A stretch of DNA of 61,584 nt from a virus (Duplodnaviria; Caudoviricetes): positions 1 to 61,584 of the IMG/VR virus record IMGVR_UViG_3300025120_013662, one strand, 5' to 3'. Position numbers and translations under genes: made by a program. Shown here piece after piece: positions 1 to 10,614 of the stretch; the first letter of the stretch is position 1, and each line of letters opens with the position of its first letter. The notes under the pieces are model-generated. The model was not told the origin of the DNA, ran no database searches, and saw only the letters and a program-made list of their open reading frames with translations.

Positions 1-591
1 CAACAGAGGGCCAAACGTGATTTTAAGCTCAAAGAGTGGCTTGTAAGTGGTTTGGAAATCGTTCCCGACCTTTACCGCTGCTTGACCGAGAAGTTCGGCA
101 AGCTGGGAGAGGACTGGGAAGTGCTCAAAGCCGAAGAACAACTCTATGTGCCCATCACCGAATTCACGGAAGCAGAAAAAAAGTTTAAAGGCTTTATTGA
201 CCTTGTGGTCTACTCCAAGAAGGATGAAAAGATTCATCTGATTGACTGGAAGACCTGTTCGTGGGGATGGAAGCGTGAAAAGAAGAGCGATACCATCTTA
301 GCTTACCAGTTGGTTTATTACAAACATTTTTATGCTCGCAAGTACGAGGTAGAACCCAAGGATATTGATTGTCATTTTGTTTTACTCAAGCGTACAGCAA
401 AGGCCGGCAAGAAGGCAGAATTCGTTAGAGTGACGGCTGCGAAAAAAAGAACGACAGATGCCCTTAACGCTTTGACTAAAGCACTGCATAATATCAACAA
501 ACAGAATTATATTAAAAATCGTACCGCTTGTACAAGCTGCAAAGACCGTTTTGGAACTTGTGAATTTTATCAGACGGAATATTGTTTATAG
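1..591 (+). CDS. PD-(D/E)XK nuclease family protein (Cas4/AddB/RecB-like), 5'-truncated by the window edge
   Basis: Frame is open from base 1 (QQRAKRDFKLKEWLVSGLEI...). Motifs E..GFIDLV..LIDWKT and QLVYY; C-terminal Cys cluster CTSC...C...C. Confidence 0.85.
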   Translation, partial: QQRAKRDFKLKEWLVSGLEIVPDLYRCLTEKFGKLGEDWEVLKAEEQLYVPITEFTEAEKKFKGFIDLVVYSKKDEKIHLIDWKTCSWGWKREKKSDTILAYQLVYYKHFYARKYEVEPKDIDCHFVLLKRTAKAGKKAEFVRVTAAKKRTTDALNALTKALHNINKQNYIKNRTACTSCKDRFGTCEFYQTEYCL

Positions 592-602
592 GGAGTAACA
601 AC

Positions 603-1865
603 TTGTCAGAAAAAAAGATTAAAGTATTAACAATTAGTGATCACCCTCTTTTACCATCGGGGGTAGGAACTCAAACCAAGTATGTAATAGAGGCACTGTT
701 ACAGACAGGAAGATTTGAGGTTATATCATTAGGAGGTGCAGTTCAGCATCCAGATTATACTCCTTCTAAAACCGAACAGTATGGTGACGATTGGGTTATC
801 TTCCCTGTTGACGGGTACAGCAACGCAGACCAAGTTAGAGCCACGTTGTTACACCATAAGCCAGATATTTTATGGTTTATGACCGATCCACGTTTTTATG
901 AATGGCTTTGGACAATAGAAGATGAAATAAGGAGTTTAGTTCCTACAGTTTATTACCACGTATGGGATAATTATCCTTATCCGTCCTATAATAAACGATG
1001 GTATGAGTCTACGGATGTTATTGCTACTATCTCTAAGGTTACTAGCGATATTGTACAAACAGTATCCCCAGACACAGAAGAAGAATATGTTCCGCATGCG
1101 GTTAATACAACTATTTTCCGAAAAATGTTTGCCCCCCAAGAACTAGAAATAGTTAAAACTATGAGGGAAGACAACTGTAAAAATAAGATGGTCTTCTTTT
1201 GGAATAATCGTAATGCTCGACGAAAACAAAGTGGCAGTTTAATTTTTTGGTGGAAAAAGTTCTTAGATAAAGTAGGTCACGACAAAGCAACTTTGATTAT
1301 GCACACAGATGTAAATGATCAACACGGACAGCCGTTGAATTATCTGTTGCAGCAACTTGATTTAACTTCTGGTCAGGTTCAGTTCTCAACACAAAAGATG
1401 CCACCTGAACAATTGGCGATGTTTTATAATATGGCAGATTGTACAATCAATATTGCCGACGCTGAAGGTTTTGGTTTGGCGACTTTGGAATCTTTGGCTT
1501 GTGAGACACCTATCATAGTTACAATGACAGGCGGACTTCAGGAACAGGTCACAGATGGAGAGAACTGGTTTGGTATTGGTATAGAACCATCTTCTAGGGC
1601 AGTTATCGGAGGAGGTAATGTCCCATTTATTTGTGAAGACAGAATCAACGAGGATGACTTTGTTGATGCTCTTGTCAAAATCTATGAGATGTCAGCCGAA
1701 GAAAGGAACGCCCTTGGTGCAGCCGGTCGAGGACACGTAATGAAAAATTACAATTTTGACCAGTTTAAGTATCAGTGGATTAATCTGATGGAAAATGTTC
1801 ACGAAAAATACGGTTCGTGGGATACGAGAAAAAACTATAAGAGTTGGGAATTAAAAGAATTATGA
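603..1865 (+). CDS. GT-B (GT4-like) glycosyltransferase
   Basis: SGVGTQ N-terminal motif, NRNARRKQ, EGFGLATLESLAC (E-x7-E). GGGAG at 591-595 favours the TTG start at 603 over 582. Confidence 0.88.
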   Translation: MSEKKIKVLTISDHPLLPSGVGTQTKYVIEALLQTGRFEVISLGGAVQHPDYTPSKTEQYGDDWVIFPVDGYSNADQVRATLLHHKPDILWFMTDPRFYEWLWTIEDEIRSLVPTVYYHVWDNYPYPSYNKRWYESTDVIATISKVTSDIVQTVSPDTEEEYVPHAVNTTIFRKMFAPQELEIVKTMREDNCKNKMVFFWNNRNARRKQSGSLIFWWKKFLDKVGHDKATLIMHTDVNDQHGQPLNYLLQQLDLTSGQVQFSTQKMPPEQLAMFYNMADCTINIADAEGFGLATLESLACETPIIVTMTGGLQEQVTDGENWFGIGIEPSSRAVIGGGNVPFICEDRINEDDFVDALVKIYEMSAEERNALGAAGRGHVMKNYNFDQFKYQWINLMENVHEKYGSWDTRKNYKSWELKEL

Positions 1866-3151
1866 AAAGAGTTTTATTAAGAGGTCCAGTACTAAGCCGT
1901 AGTGGATATGGTGAACACGCAAGGTTTATCTTTAGAGCATTAATGGATAATCCATCTCATTTTGATGTTCACGTTGAACCAACTCCTTGGGGTGCTTCAA
2001 GTTGGATAATGAAAGACACAGAAGAAACTAAGTTAATTAAAACTTGTATAGAAAAGCACAATATGTATAAGGATGTATATCCTACTTATGATATTTCTTT
2101 TCAGGTTATGATCCCAAACGAGTGGCAAAAAATAGCGAAGGTAAACATAGGAATTACTGCCGCTGTTGAGACCGATAGAGCTTCTGGCCAATGGATACAA
2201 GCTTGTAATACAGTTGTAGATAAAGTTTTGGTGGTTTCGGAACATGCAAAGAAGTCTTTGGTAGATCCAATATATACGATTTTAAATGAACAGACTAAAC
2301 AGCCAGTAGGTGCATTAAAATGCACGGTTCCTGTAGAAGTAGTTGGGTATCCTGTTAAGTATCACGATCAAGTTGATTTAGAACTAGAGTTAAAGAACGA
2401 TTTTAACTTTATGACTGTGGCACAAGACAGTCCCAGAAAAAATTTAGTAAATTCTATTAAATGGTTTCTGGACGAGTTTAAAGACGATGATGTTGGGTTG
2501 GTGATTAAGTGTCACAAGATGAACCATTCGGTACCAGATAAGTTTCATGTAACAGATTTTCTAACGGGTATTGTTAATGCCCCGGAGTACGAAGATAGAA
2601 AATGTAATGTTTACCTTTTACACGGTAATTTAACTGACGGAGAATTACATTCTTTATATAAACATCCTAAGATAAAATCTTATTTTACAGCTACTCACGG
2701 AGAGGGTTTTGGCCTTCCTATATACGAAGCAGCATATAGTGGATTACCTATTGCCGCACCTGCTTGGTCAGGACAGGTTGACTTTTTATACGCTAATCAG
2801 AAGAATAAAAAATCTGGTAAGACAAAAAAGGTTCCAATGTTTTCAAAAATTAGATATGAACTAAAGGAAATTCAGCCTGAAGCTGTCTGGGATGGTGTTC
2901 TGGTAGCAGAGTCGAAATGGTGTTATGTGGAGGAAGACCACTTCAAAAAAACACTTAGAGAATGTTATAACAAGAACAATGTGAAGAAGAAACAAGCAGA
3001 AGAGCTAAAGGTCTACCTAGAAAAAGAGTTTTCTGCTGAAAACCAATATAAAAAGTTCTTTGACTCAGTCAATGAGTATCTGACTACCCCGGACGAAGAA
3101 GACGCCGGCGAATGGCAAAACATCTTGAATAAAGTTGTGAGCTATGATTAG
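1862..3151 (+). CDS. GT-B (GT4-like) glycosyltransferase
   Basis: SRSGYG, PRKN, HGEGFGLPIYEAAYSGLP. ATG at 1862 overlaps the upstream stop (ATGA). Confidence 0.88.
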   Translation: MKRVLLRGPVLSRSGYGEHARFIFRALMDNPSHFDVHVEPTPWGASSWIMKDTEETKLIKTCIEKHNMYKDVYPTYDISFQVMIPNEWQKIAKVNIGITAAVETDRASGQWIQACNTVVDKVLVVSEHAKKSLVDPIYTILNEQTKQPVGALKCTVPVEVVGYPVKYHDQVDLELELKNDFNFMTVAQDSPRKNLVNSIKWFLDEFKDDDVGLVIKCHKMNHSVPDKFHVTDFLTGIVNAPEYEDRKCNVYLLHGNLTDGELHSLYKHPKIKSYFTATHGEGFGLPIYEAAYSGLPIAAPAWSGQVDFLYANQKNKKSGKTKKVPMFSKIRYELKEIQPEAVWDGVLVAESKWCYVEEDHFKKTLRECYNKNNVKKKQAEELKVYLEKEFSAENQYKKFFDSVNEYLTTPDEEDAGEWQNILNKVVSYD

Positions 3152-4808
3152 AGAGGTAGTATTTGTTTCTGATTTCTTCTTAGAACAAGGAGTTAATGGC
3201 GGCGCTGAATTTTATAACGATAACTTAATGAGTCTCTTAACCGACTCATATTCGTTTACAAAAGTTCAATGTACTCAGTTAACTCCTTCTTTTATATTAG
3301 AGAATAAGGATAAGTTCTTTATTGTTGCAAACTTTATGACCCTTACAGAAGAAAACAAAGAACTCTTAAAGAAAGAAGTAGAATACATAATTTTAGAGCA
3401 TGATCATAAATATGCTGCCAACAATAACCCAGCATTTTTTGATAATTTTTTAGTACCAGAAAATATGGTAATAAATAAAGACTTTTTCTCTAAAGCTAGG
3501 GCTGTATTATGCCAGAGCAAGCTTCATTCTGAAATTGTTCAAAAGAATTTAGTTGGATCAAACATTTGTAACCTTGGAGGTAATCTATGGACGGATTACC
3601 AAATAGAAGTACTTAGGGAAAGCATGAACAATGAAAAGACTATTGATTATGCAATAATGGAATCATCGAATAGAAATAAAGGAATGCCTTTTGCAATTGA
3701 GTATTGCCGGCAAAAAAATATTCAATATACGATGATCAAAAATCAGTCATATGAGGATTTTGTTAAAGAGTTATCAAAGGTTGACAGTTTAGTTTTCTTC
3801 CCACAATGGATCGAATCATACAGTAGGGTTGCTTTAGAGGCTAGGATCTTAGGTTGTAAGCTCATAACTAATGGTATGCTAGGCGTTGCTAGTGAGGATT
3901 ATTTTTCAAGTAAACCTCAACAGTTAATAGACATATTGAGTGAAAATAATAAAAGTATACTAGATGTTTTCCGAAATGCACTAGAAGGAAAGTATGATAA
4001 GATAGATTTTCTTCCTCCAATTGAATTTCCCAAGATTACGATTCTTGGTACAATGTATAATGGATCAAAATATATTAGAAGCTTTTTGGATAGTATTGTT
4101 TCTCAAACAAACTTTAGTAATTGTGAACTTATTATCATAGATGCCAACTCACCTGATAATGAGTATGAAATAATAAAAGAATACACGGCCACTTATGATA
4201 ATATCATATACAAAAGAATGGACGAAAAGATTAGTATTGCCGAAGCTTTAAACATCGGCATAGAGATGAGCACGGGAGACTTTTTAACATTCGGGCTTAT
4301 AGATGATATAAGAGATCCTGATTGTTTGTCTATCTTGTCTAAACATTTGCATTTAAATCCGGGTATTGATTTAGTGTATGGGCAATGCTTGCAAACAGAC
4401 AGCCCAAATGAGACAATGGATAATAACACTTCAGATGACAAATTTTACGAACATTCTACTTATGATTTTTCCAAAAATAGTATGATAAAGTGTTTACCCG
4501 GACCAATGCCATTGTGGAGAAAAGAAATGCACAAAAAATGTGGTTTATTTAATAAAAACTATATCTTTTCAAATGATTGGGATATGTGGCTTAGAGCGGT
4601 GGACAATGGTTCAAAGTTTAAGAAAATTGAAGCTGTTGTCGGACTATATTTAGCTGGAGGATTATCCCAGAGTGAAACAACAAACTTAAACCAACGCAAA
4701 GAAGAAGCCAAGCTTTTTTATAAATATAAACATTTGTTTGGGACAAAGAACGTGAATTCATATACATCATATTTTGAACAATTTACTGGAGAAACCAATG
4801 AGCAATAA
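3144..4808 (+). CDS. Two-domain glycosyltransferase (GT-B-like N-terminal part plus GT2/GT-A C-terminal part)
   Basis: N-half has ESYSRVALEARILGC. C-half has ELIIIDANSPD, ALNIGI, IDD and DWDMWLR typical of GT2. Confidence 0.82.
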   Translation: MIREVVFVSDFFLEQGVNGGAEFYNDNLMSLLTDSYSFTKVQCTQLTPSFILENKDKFFIVANFMTLTEENKELLKKEVEYIILEHDHKYAANNNPAFFDNFLVPENMVINKDFFSKARAVLCQSKLHSEIVQKNLVGSNICNLGGNLWTDYQIEVLRESMNNEKTIDYAIMESSNRNKGMPFAIEYCRQKNIQYTMIKNQSYEDFVKELSKVDSLVFFPQWIESYSRVALEARILGCKLITNGMLGVASEDYFSSKPQQLIDILSENNKSILDVFRNALEGKYDKIDFLPPIEFPKITILGTMYNGSKYIRSFLDSIVSQTNFSNCELIIIDANSPDNEYEIIKEYTATYDNIIYKRMDEKISIAEALNIGIEMSTGDFLTFGLIDDIRDPDCLSILSKHLHLNPGIDLVYGQCLQTDSPNETMDNNTSDDKFYEHSTYDFSKNSMIKCLPGPMPLWRKEMHKKCGLFNKNYIFSNDWDMWLRAVDNGSKFKKIEAVVGLYLAGGLSQSETTNLNQRKEEAKLFYKYKHLFGTKNVNSYTSYFEQFTGETNEQ

Positions 4809-5211
4809 GGAAAGAAAATACCTTCCAACATTATCTGAGTTAGTTGACCGACTTTCTATCGCACAATTGAAAGAAGTATTTATAGCAGAGCATAAAGAAG
4901 AATATGCGAAAGAGATTGAAGATATTGTACACGATATCCAAATGTGCCTTGATAGTACTGATGGCGCAATTGGTTCTGATGTAATCCGTGCGATTGTAGT
5001 TTTGTCACAAATGAATTTACACATTTGGCACAATGAATCAAATTATAGAAAAGGGATCAAGGATGGAAACGACCTTGAATTAACACACGGATTAAACGGG
5101 ATTAGAAACACTGCAAAGAATAAGATTCAGGAAATTTGTGGTGGCAGAAAAGATTATAAAATTGACTGTTTAGCAGCAGACTTTAAGGACTGGGAGATTA
5201 GCTGGAAATGA
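4798..5211 (+). CDS. Hypothetical helical protein within the glycan locus (possibly DUF6165-like)
   Basis: GGAG at 4788 precedes ATG 4798. SELVDRLSIAQLK resembles the GELxDKxTILxIK motif (from memory). Confidence 0.55.
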   Translation: MSNKERKYLPTLSELVDRLSIAQLKEVFIAEHKEEYAKEIEDIVHDIQMCLDSTDGAIGSDVIRAIVVLSQMNLHIWHNESNYRKGIKDGNDLELTHGLNGIRNTAKNKIQEICGGRKDYKIDCLAADFKDWEISWK

Positions 5212-6134
5212 AAGTATTAATTACTGGTGGTGCAGGTTATATTGGAAGTGAACTAACAGATGTCTTGTTGAAGGATGGTCACGAAGTAGTTGCATATGAT
5301 AACTTAATGTATGATGCAACTAGTTTGCTTCGATATACTACAAACGATAATTTTGATTTTGTAAATGCTGATGTAAGAGACTTAAATACGCTAAAAAGAT
5401 ATGCATCAAAATCAGATATTATTATTCCTCTGGCCGCCTTGGTTGGATTTCCTCTGTGTGATCAAGACCCTCGTGCAGCCAAAGAGATCAACTTTGAAGT
5501 TAATGAATGGTTAGCAAAAAATAAGTCAAAAGACCAGAGGATAATTTACCCCTGCACCAACTCTGGATATGGAACGGGTGACGGAGCGGTATGCACAGAG
5601 GAATCCCCACTCAACCCAATTTCTTTATATGGCAGAACAAAAGTAGATGCAGAAACAGCCATAAGAGAAGTTGAAAACCACCTGACTTTTCGTTTGGCTA
5701 CAGTTTTTGGACCATCTTCTAGGATGAGAACTGATTTATTGGTAAACAATTTTGTATTAAAGGCTCTTAGGGATCGAGTACTTGTATTGTACGAATGTGA
5801 GTTTATGAGAAATTATGTCCATATACATGATGTATGTGATTCTTTCAAGTATGTGATTGATAACTGGGACACTTGCAAAAATGAGACTTACAATATCGGT
5901 AATGATACTATTAATATGAATAAGCTTCAATTGGCACAGAAAATAAAAGAGCATTTACCATTAGAAATTATTAAAGCTGAATTTACTTCTGACCCTGATG
6001 TACGAGATTATGAAGTCAGTAGTCAAAAAGCATATGATAAGGGAATGATTTGTAATAGAGATTTAGATGTTGGGATCACCCAGTTGATTAAAAGTTATAA
6101 GATTATTGAATCTCCTTGGTATGCGAATTATTAA
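5208..6134 (+). CDS. NAD-dependent nucleotide-sugar epimerase/dehydratase (extended SDR)
   Basis: TGGAGYIG Rossmann motif, YGRTK catalytic YxxxK, FRLATVFG. Confidence 0.92.
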   Translation: MKVLITGGAGYIGSELTDVLLKDGHEVVAYDNLMYDATSLLRYTTNDNFDFVNADVRDLNTLKRYASKSDIIIPLAALVGFPLCDQDPRAAKEINFEVNEWLAKNKSKDQRIIYPCTNSGYGTGDGAVCTEESPLNPISLYGRTKVDAETAIREVENHLTFRLATVFGPSSRMRTDLLVNNFVLKALRDRVLVLYECEFMRNYVHIHDVCDSFKYVIDNWDTCKNETYNIGNDTINMNKLQLAQKIKEHLPLEIIKAEFTSDPDVRDYEVSSQKAYDKGMICNRDLDVGITQLIKSYKIIESPWYANY

Positions 6135-6154
6135 TAAAAACAGGAGATTCATAA

Positions 6155-7669
6155 ATGGCTTCCAATAATGTAGATGTTTTATACGTGCAACCAAACGGGG
6201 CTGGTATAATATATCAAGAACTAAGTAAAAACTATTCTGCTATTGAACCACCAATCTGGGCGGGGTTACTAGCTCAACATTCTCGTAAAAATGGGTTTTC
6301 TGTTGCAATTTTAGATTGTGAAGCTGAGCGTCTAAATCCAGATGAGAGTGCTAAAAGAATATTGGATATAAATCCACGCCTTGTGGCAATGGTTATCTAT
6401 GGGCAACAGCCATCAGCATCCACACAAAATATGTATGGGGCTAGCGTTTTATGCGACAAACTTAAAGATTCTGGATCATCTTCAAAGATTGTTCTTATCG
6501 GACTCCACCCTTCGGCTTCTTCTAGAGAAACAATGAATAGTGAAAAAGCAGATTTTGTTTGTCAAGGAGAGGGGGCATATACTGTTGATGGATTATTGCA
6601 AAGTGATATGGACAATCCAATTCACTTAGATAAAATTCCGGGATTATGGTACAGGGATAATGGCGATATAATTTGTACCCGTCCGGCTCCAGTTGTCCCG
6701 CAGAAAGAACTTGAACACGAACTACCGGGGATGGCTTGGGATCTATTGCCTATGCACCTATATCGAACGGCCAATTGGCATGCTATGTCTAATAACAATG
6801 ACAGGGAACCGTTTGCCTCACTTTATACCAGTCTCGGGTGCCCTTATCAGTGTACATTTTGTTGCATTAACGCCCCTTTCGGGAACAATAACGTAGAAAA
6901 TGGACTACAATCAAAGAGTCGATTTAGGTGGTGGGACGTAGATTTCACTATGGGTGAATTTCAAAAAATTCATGATATGGGAATCCGCAACGTAAAAATA
7001 GCTGATGAAATGTTTGTTCTAAGAAAGGATCACTTTCTAGAGATTTGTAAAAAATTAAAAGAAAGAGAATTTGATTTCAATATTTGGGCTTATGCTCGCA
7101 TCGATACAGTTCGTCCAGAGTATTTAGACGCTCTTAGGGATGCTGGCGTTAATTGGTTAGCTTTAGGAATTGAATCGGGTAACGCTACCGTAAGAAAAGA
7201 TGTGATTAAGGGCAAATTTACAGAGGTAAATATTAGAGATTTAGTCCAAGAAATTAGGAACTCAGGTATAAATGTTATAGGTAATTACATTTTTGGACTT
7301 CCAGAAGACACAGCAGACACCATGAAAGACACGCTTGACATGGCAAATGATCTTAATTGTGAATTTTCTAACTTTTACTGTACAATGGCTTATCCCGGCT
7401 CAGCATTACATATTCAAGCTAAAAAGGAAGGCTGGGATCTTCCAGATAGTTATCAGGCTTATTCACAACACTCATATGAAATCAAGCCATTAGCTACTAA
7501 ACATATTACTGCAAGAGAAGTTGTAGAATTTAGGGACAATGCTTTTAATTCACATTATAACAGACCTGAATATCATGATATGATTAGAAGTAAATTTGGT
7601 CAATCTACCGTAGATGAAATTAAGAATATGACTAAGATAAAACTAAAACGAAAAATACTAGGAGATTAA
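6155..7669 (+). CDS. Cobalamin-binding (class B) radical SAM enzyme
   Basis: N-terminal B12-binding-like region (EPP..G..A...GLHPS...GEG), then SLGCPYQCTFCC (CxxxCxxC), ADEMF, GIESGN, YIFGLPEDT. RBS AGGAG upstream. Confidence 0.9.
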   Translation: MASNNVDVLYVQPNGAGIIYQELSKNYSAIEPPIWAGLLAQHSRKNGFSVAILDCEAERLNPDESAKRILDINPRLVAMVIYGQQPSASTQNMYGASVLCDKLKDSGSSSKIVLIGLHPSASSRETMNSEKADFVCQGEGAYTVDGLLQSDMDNPIHLDKIPGLWYRDNGDIICTRPAPVVPQKELEHELPGMAWDLLPMHLYRTANWHAMSNNNDREPFASLYTSLGCPYQCTFCCINAPFGNNNVENGLQSKSRFRWWDVDFTMGEFQKIHDMGIRNVKIADEMFVLRKDHFLEICKKLKEREFDFNIWAYARIDTVRPEYLDALRDAGVNWLALGIESGNATVRKDVIKGKFTEVNIRDLVQEIRNSGINVIGNYIFGLPEDTADTMKDTLDMANDLNCEFSNFYCTMAYPGSALHIQAKKEGWDLPDSYQAYSQHSYEIKPLATKHITAREVVEFRDNAFNSHYNRPEYHDMIRSKFGQSTVDEIKNMTKIKLKRKILGD

Positions 7670-7670
7670 A

Positions 7671-8288
7671 GTGGCACTCTACACTAAAGATCAGTTAATT
7701 GCTTTTGAAGATATGATCGCTGCACATTTTAATAACGCAAAGATAAAAGCCCCTGTTCATCTTTATAATGATAATGAAGAACAGATTATTGAGATTTTTG
7801 ATCGATTTAATATTGGCAAGGACGATTGGGTTTTCGGATCTTGGAGAAGTCATTATCAATGTCTCCTGAAAGGTGTTCCTTCAGAAGAAGTCGAGCAAGC
7901 ATGTTTAGATGGCAGATCAATATCCCTCTGTTTTAATGAACATAATGTTTTTAACTCAGGGATTGTAACTGGAGCTATTCCCATTGCCGTGGGTGCTGCT
8001 CTTAGTATTAAAAAATCCGGAGGAAGTGGAAGGGTATTTTGTTTTATGGGGGATATGACTTCTGAAACCGGACAAGCCCATGAATGTATCAAATATTCTA
8101 GAAACCACGAACTTCCAATTCATTTTGTCATAGAGGATAATGGCAAGTCAGTTTGTACAGATACACGAGCTACGTGGAACTCTTCAGTCTTAACTTATGA
8201 AGGCGTACAAGATGAATATGTAACATATTATAGATACAATCTAGACAAGTATCCTCACGCAGGCGCTGGCTCTAGAGTACAATTTTAA
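7671..8288 (+). CDS. TPP-dependent enzyme, E1-alpha/transketolase PP-domain-like subunit (short)
   Basis: HLY..NEE, WRSHY, GD(M)...FVIEDN TPP-binding motif. 205 aa. Confidence 0.82.
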   Translation: MALYTKDQLIAFEDMIAAHFNNAKIKAPVHLYNDNEEQIIEIFDRFNIGKDDWVFGSWRSHYQCLLKGVPSEEVEQACLDGRSISLCFNEHNVFNSGIVTGAIPIAVGAALSIKKSGGSGRVFCFMGDMTSETGQAHECIKYSRNHELPIHFVIEDNGKSVCTDTRATWNSSVLTYEGVQDEYVTYYRYNLDKYPHAGAGSRVQF

Positions 8289-8299
8289 AGGTATAAAAA

Positions 8300-8839
8300 A
8301 TGGTTAAATACTTTGATGAACTAAAACGTGCTATGGAATATTTGGGAGAACAAGAAGACACAGTTTTCTTGGGGCAGGCTGTGGCCTACAAGGGAACAGC
8401 AATGTCTAATACACTAAAAGACATAGATCCAGAAAAATTGATTGAGATGCCTGTCTGCGAAGAAATGCAGATGGGAATTACTAACGGTCTGGCAGTCACT
8501 GGAAAGGTGCCAATAAGTGTTTATCCACGATGGAATTTTCTTATTCTTGCTGCCAATCAGTTAATCAACCACTTGGACCGTATGCCAACGTTTACTCACG
8601 GTGAATATTACCCTAAGGTAATCATCAGAACCGGAATTGGTTCCGAACGACCCTTAAATCCCCAAGCTCAGCATGTTGGAGACTTTACAGAGGGTTTTAG
8701 ACTAATGTTGAAGAATACTGAAATTATCAGACTGAAAGAACCAGAAGATATTTTTCCAGCATATCAAAAAGCATACAACAGAACTGATGGTAAGAACACT
8801 ATTCTGGTTGAGTATGGTGATTTTTATAATGAAAAATAA
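8300..8839 (+). CDS. TPP-dependent enzyme, E1-beta/transketolase pyrimidine-binding-like subunit (no C-terminal domain)
   Basis: LGQAV, EMPVCEEMQMGITNGLA, NQLINH, QH, ILVE. 179 aa. Confidence 0.82.
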   Translation: MVKYFDELKRAMEYLGEQEDTVFLGQAVAYKGTAMSNTLKDIDPEKLIEMPVCEEMQMGITNGLAVTGKVPISVYPRWNFLILAANQLINHLDRMPTFTHGEYYPKVIIRTGIGSERPLNPQAQHVGDFTEGFRLMLKNTEIIRLKEPEDIFPAYQKAYNRTDGKNTILVEYGDFYNEK

Positions 8840-9794
8840 ATCTGTGAAGGTTCTTTTTATAACTGAAAAGTGGTGCGAGGCTAATCCCCAAATGGGATTG
8901 ACTAACAATTACCATAATCTATTTGGTTCTCTAAACAGTTGTGAATTCAATAACGTAGAATTTAGTGTAGCCCATATGGATGAATATGCTCTAGTAAAAA
9001 AACAGCATATTGACACATTTATTCCCACTCTCTGTGAGAGAGAAAAGCCAGATATAGTTATTTTCTCATTGTTGGGAAAATCACATCTTAATCCCACAGA
9101 CAAGAGTTATGAATATTTCAGAGAATTAGGATGTAAGATTATCTTTATGTGGCCTGATATGCGACCTGACTGGGGGATATCTGAAGTCTCTGAATTAGAA
9201 AGTAAAGGATATGCAGATCTTCATGTTTGTTGGGGGTCTGAAAAGATTATTCCTACATCTTATGGAGAGAAGATGTTATGGTTATGGGCACCTCAGGACA
9301 AGAATCTCTATAAACCAACTGAAGACCAAGATATACCTGTAAGTTTTATTGGAAGCACTCGGCACCAAGAAAGACAGGTTTATCTCAATCAGTTGGTAAG
9401 TTCGGGAACTCAAATTCTAATAAAAGGTGGACAACGAGAACAGGGGTTAACACCCTCAGAATATTCTTCTTATATTCGCAGGAGTAAAATAAGCATTAAC
9501 TTTCCGGGATCAGATGTCGGCGACCAATGTAAAGGTCGGGTGTGGGAAATATTAGCCAGCCGCTCTATGATGCTGGAGAGAAAAAATGATTCTACTAGTA
9601 AAATGCTGACTCCGGGTGAGGATTATGTAGAGTACGAGAATGTTGAAGATCTAAAGAACAAGATTAATTATTACTTAAACAATCCAGAAGAAAGAGATAA
9701 GATCGCCTCACGGGGACACGAGACTTACAAAGAAAAGTATACGGCAACTCACTTCTGGAAAAAAACATTTGGAGCTATAGGATATGAAATATGA
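8829..9794 (+). CDS. Glycosyltransferase, CgeB/Glyco_trans_1_2-like
   Basis: VSFIGS...R, SKISINF, KGRVWEILAS, PGEDYVEY, ERDKIASRG. ATG 8829 preferred as start. Confidence 0.8.
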   Translation: MKNKSVKVLFITEKWCEANPQMGLTNNYHNLFGSLNSCEFNNVEFSVAHMDEYALVKKQHIDTFIPTLCEREKPDIVIFSLLGKSHLNPTDKSYEYFRELGCKIIFMWPDMRPDWGISEVSELESKGYADLHVCWGSEKIIPTSYGEKMLWLWAPQDKNLYKPTEDQDIPVSFIGSTRHQERQVYLNQLVSSGTQILIKGGQREQGLTPSEYSSYIRRSKISINFPGSDVGDQCKGRVWEILASRSMMLERKNDSTSKMLTPGEDYVEYENVEDLKNKINYYLNNPEERDKIASRGHETYKEKYTATHFWKKTFGAIGYEI

Positions 9795-10614
9795 TGTATC
9801 GGTTTTAATGCCGGCTATTAGAACACACAATTGGTTGATGTTGTATGGAAGTTTATTTAATTCCTGCCGAAACCACAGTTTTGAATTGGTGCTAGTAAGT
9901 CCTTTTGACTTACCTGACAATATGAAACATTTTGATAACATTACACACATAAAGGATTTCGGTGCCCCAACTCGTGCAGCCCAAATCGGTGCTATTGCTT
10001 GTCAGGGAAGGTTGACATACCATTGTGTTGACGATGCTATCTTTTTACCAAACGCTATTGATACTGCAATCGAAACATATGATTCTATTTGTGGAAAAAA
10101 AGATGTCATAAATATGAGATACAGAGAAGGGGCAGAATATTCTGGGCAAACATTGCCCCCTCATTTCTGGACAGCTTGGGCTCACGATGAATTAAGGCTT
10201 CCCGGAATACCTCAACATTATAAGATTTCATTGCATCATATGATGAGTACGGAATACTTCAAAGAGTTGGGCGGATGGGATTGTCAGTTTGAATATATTA
10301 ATCATCCACTGCACGACCTAATGTTCAGAGTACAGGCCGACGGCGGAAAGTTATATGATTCAAAATTAGATGCGACAACCTGCAATCACTTTGTAGGAAA
10401 GACAGTCGATCACGCACCAATTTTTGATGCTCAGACTTTCTTTGACAAGCCAATATTTGATACAATGTACGCAACCCCAGAAATTGCAACTACGAGAATC
10501 CATCTTGAGCTAGACAACTGGAAAAACTCTCCAGAAGTTTGGGAACGAAGATTTAAGAAAGATACAAAAGAGGAAATAGCAAAAAGTTACAAGGAGATGG
10601 GCTATGTCGGATAA
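9784..10614 (+). CDS. GT-A/GT2-like glycosyltransferase, paralog 1 of 3
   Basis: VSVLMPAIR, ELVLVSP, VDDA, LGGWDCQFE, DLMFRVQ, C-terminal VWERRF. Confidence 0.78.
   Translation: MKYDVSVLMPAIRTHNWLMLYGSLFNSCRNHSFELVLVSPFDLPDNMKHFDNITHIKDFGAPTRAAQIGAIACQGRLTYHCVDDAIFLPNAIDTAIETYDSICGKKDVINMRYREGAEYSGQTLPPHFWTAWAHDELRLPGIPQHYKISLHHMMSTEYFKELGGWDCQFEYINHPLHDLMFRVQADGGKLYDSKLDATTCNHFVGKTVDHAPIFDAQTFFDKPIFDTMYATPEIATTRIHLELDNWKNSPEVWERRFKKDTKEEIAKSYKEMGYVG

Noticed and set aside
1-591. Cas4-like nuclease as evidence of a CRISPR-Cas system
   Set aside because: Stand-alone PD-(D/E)XK nucleases are common in phages. No cas1/cas2 or array is visible.
7671-8839. Pyruvate dehydrogenase E1 as an auxiliary metabolic gene
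   Set aside because: The subunits are far shorter than PDH E1 alpha/beta, there is no E2/E3, and the context is nucleotide-sugar synthesis.
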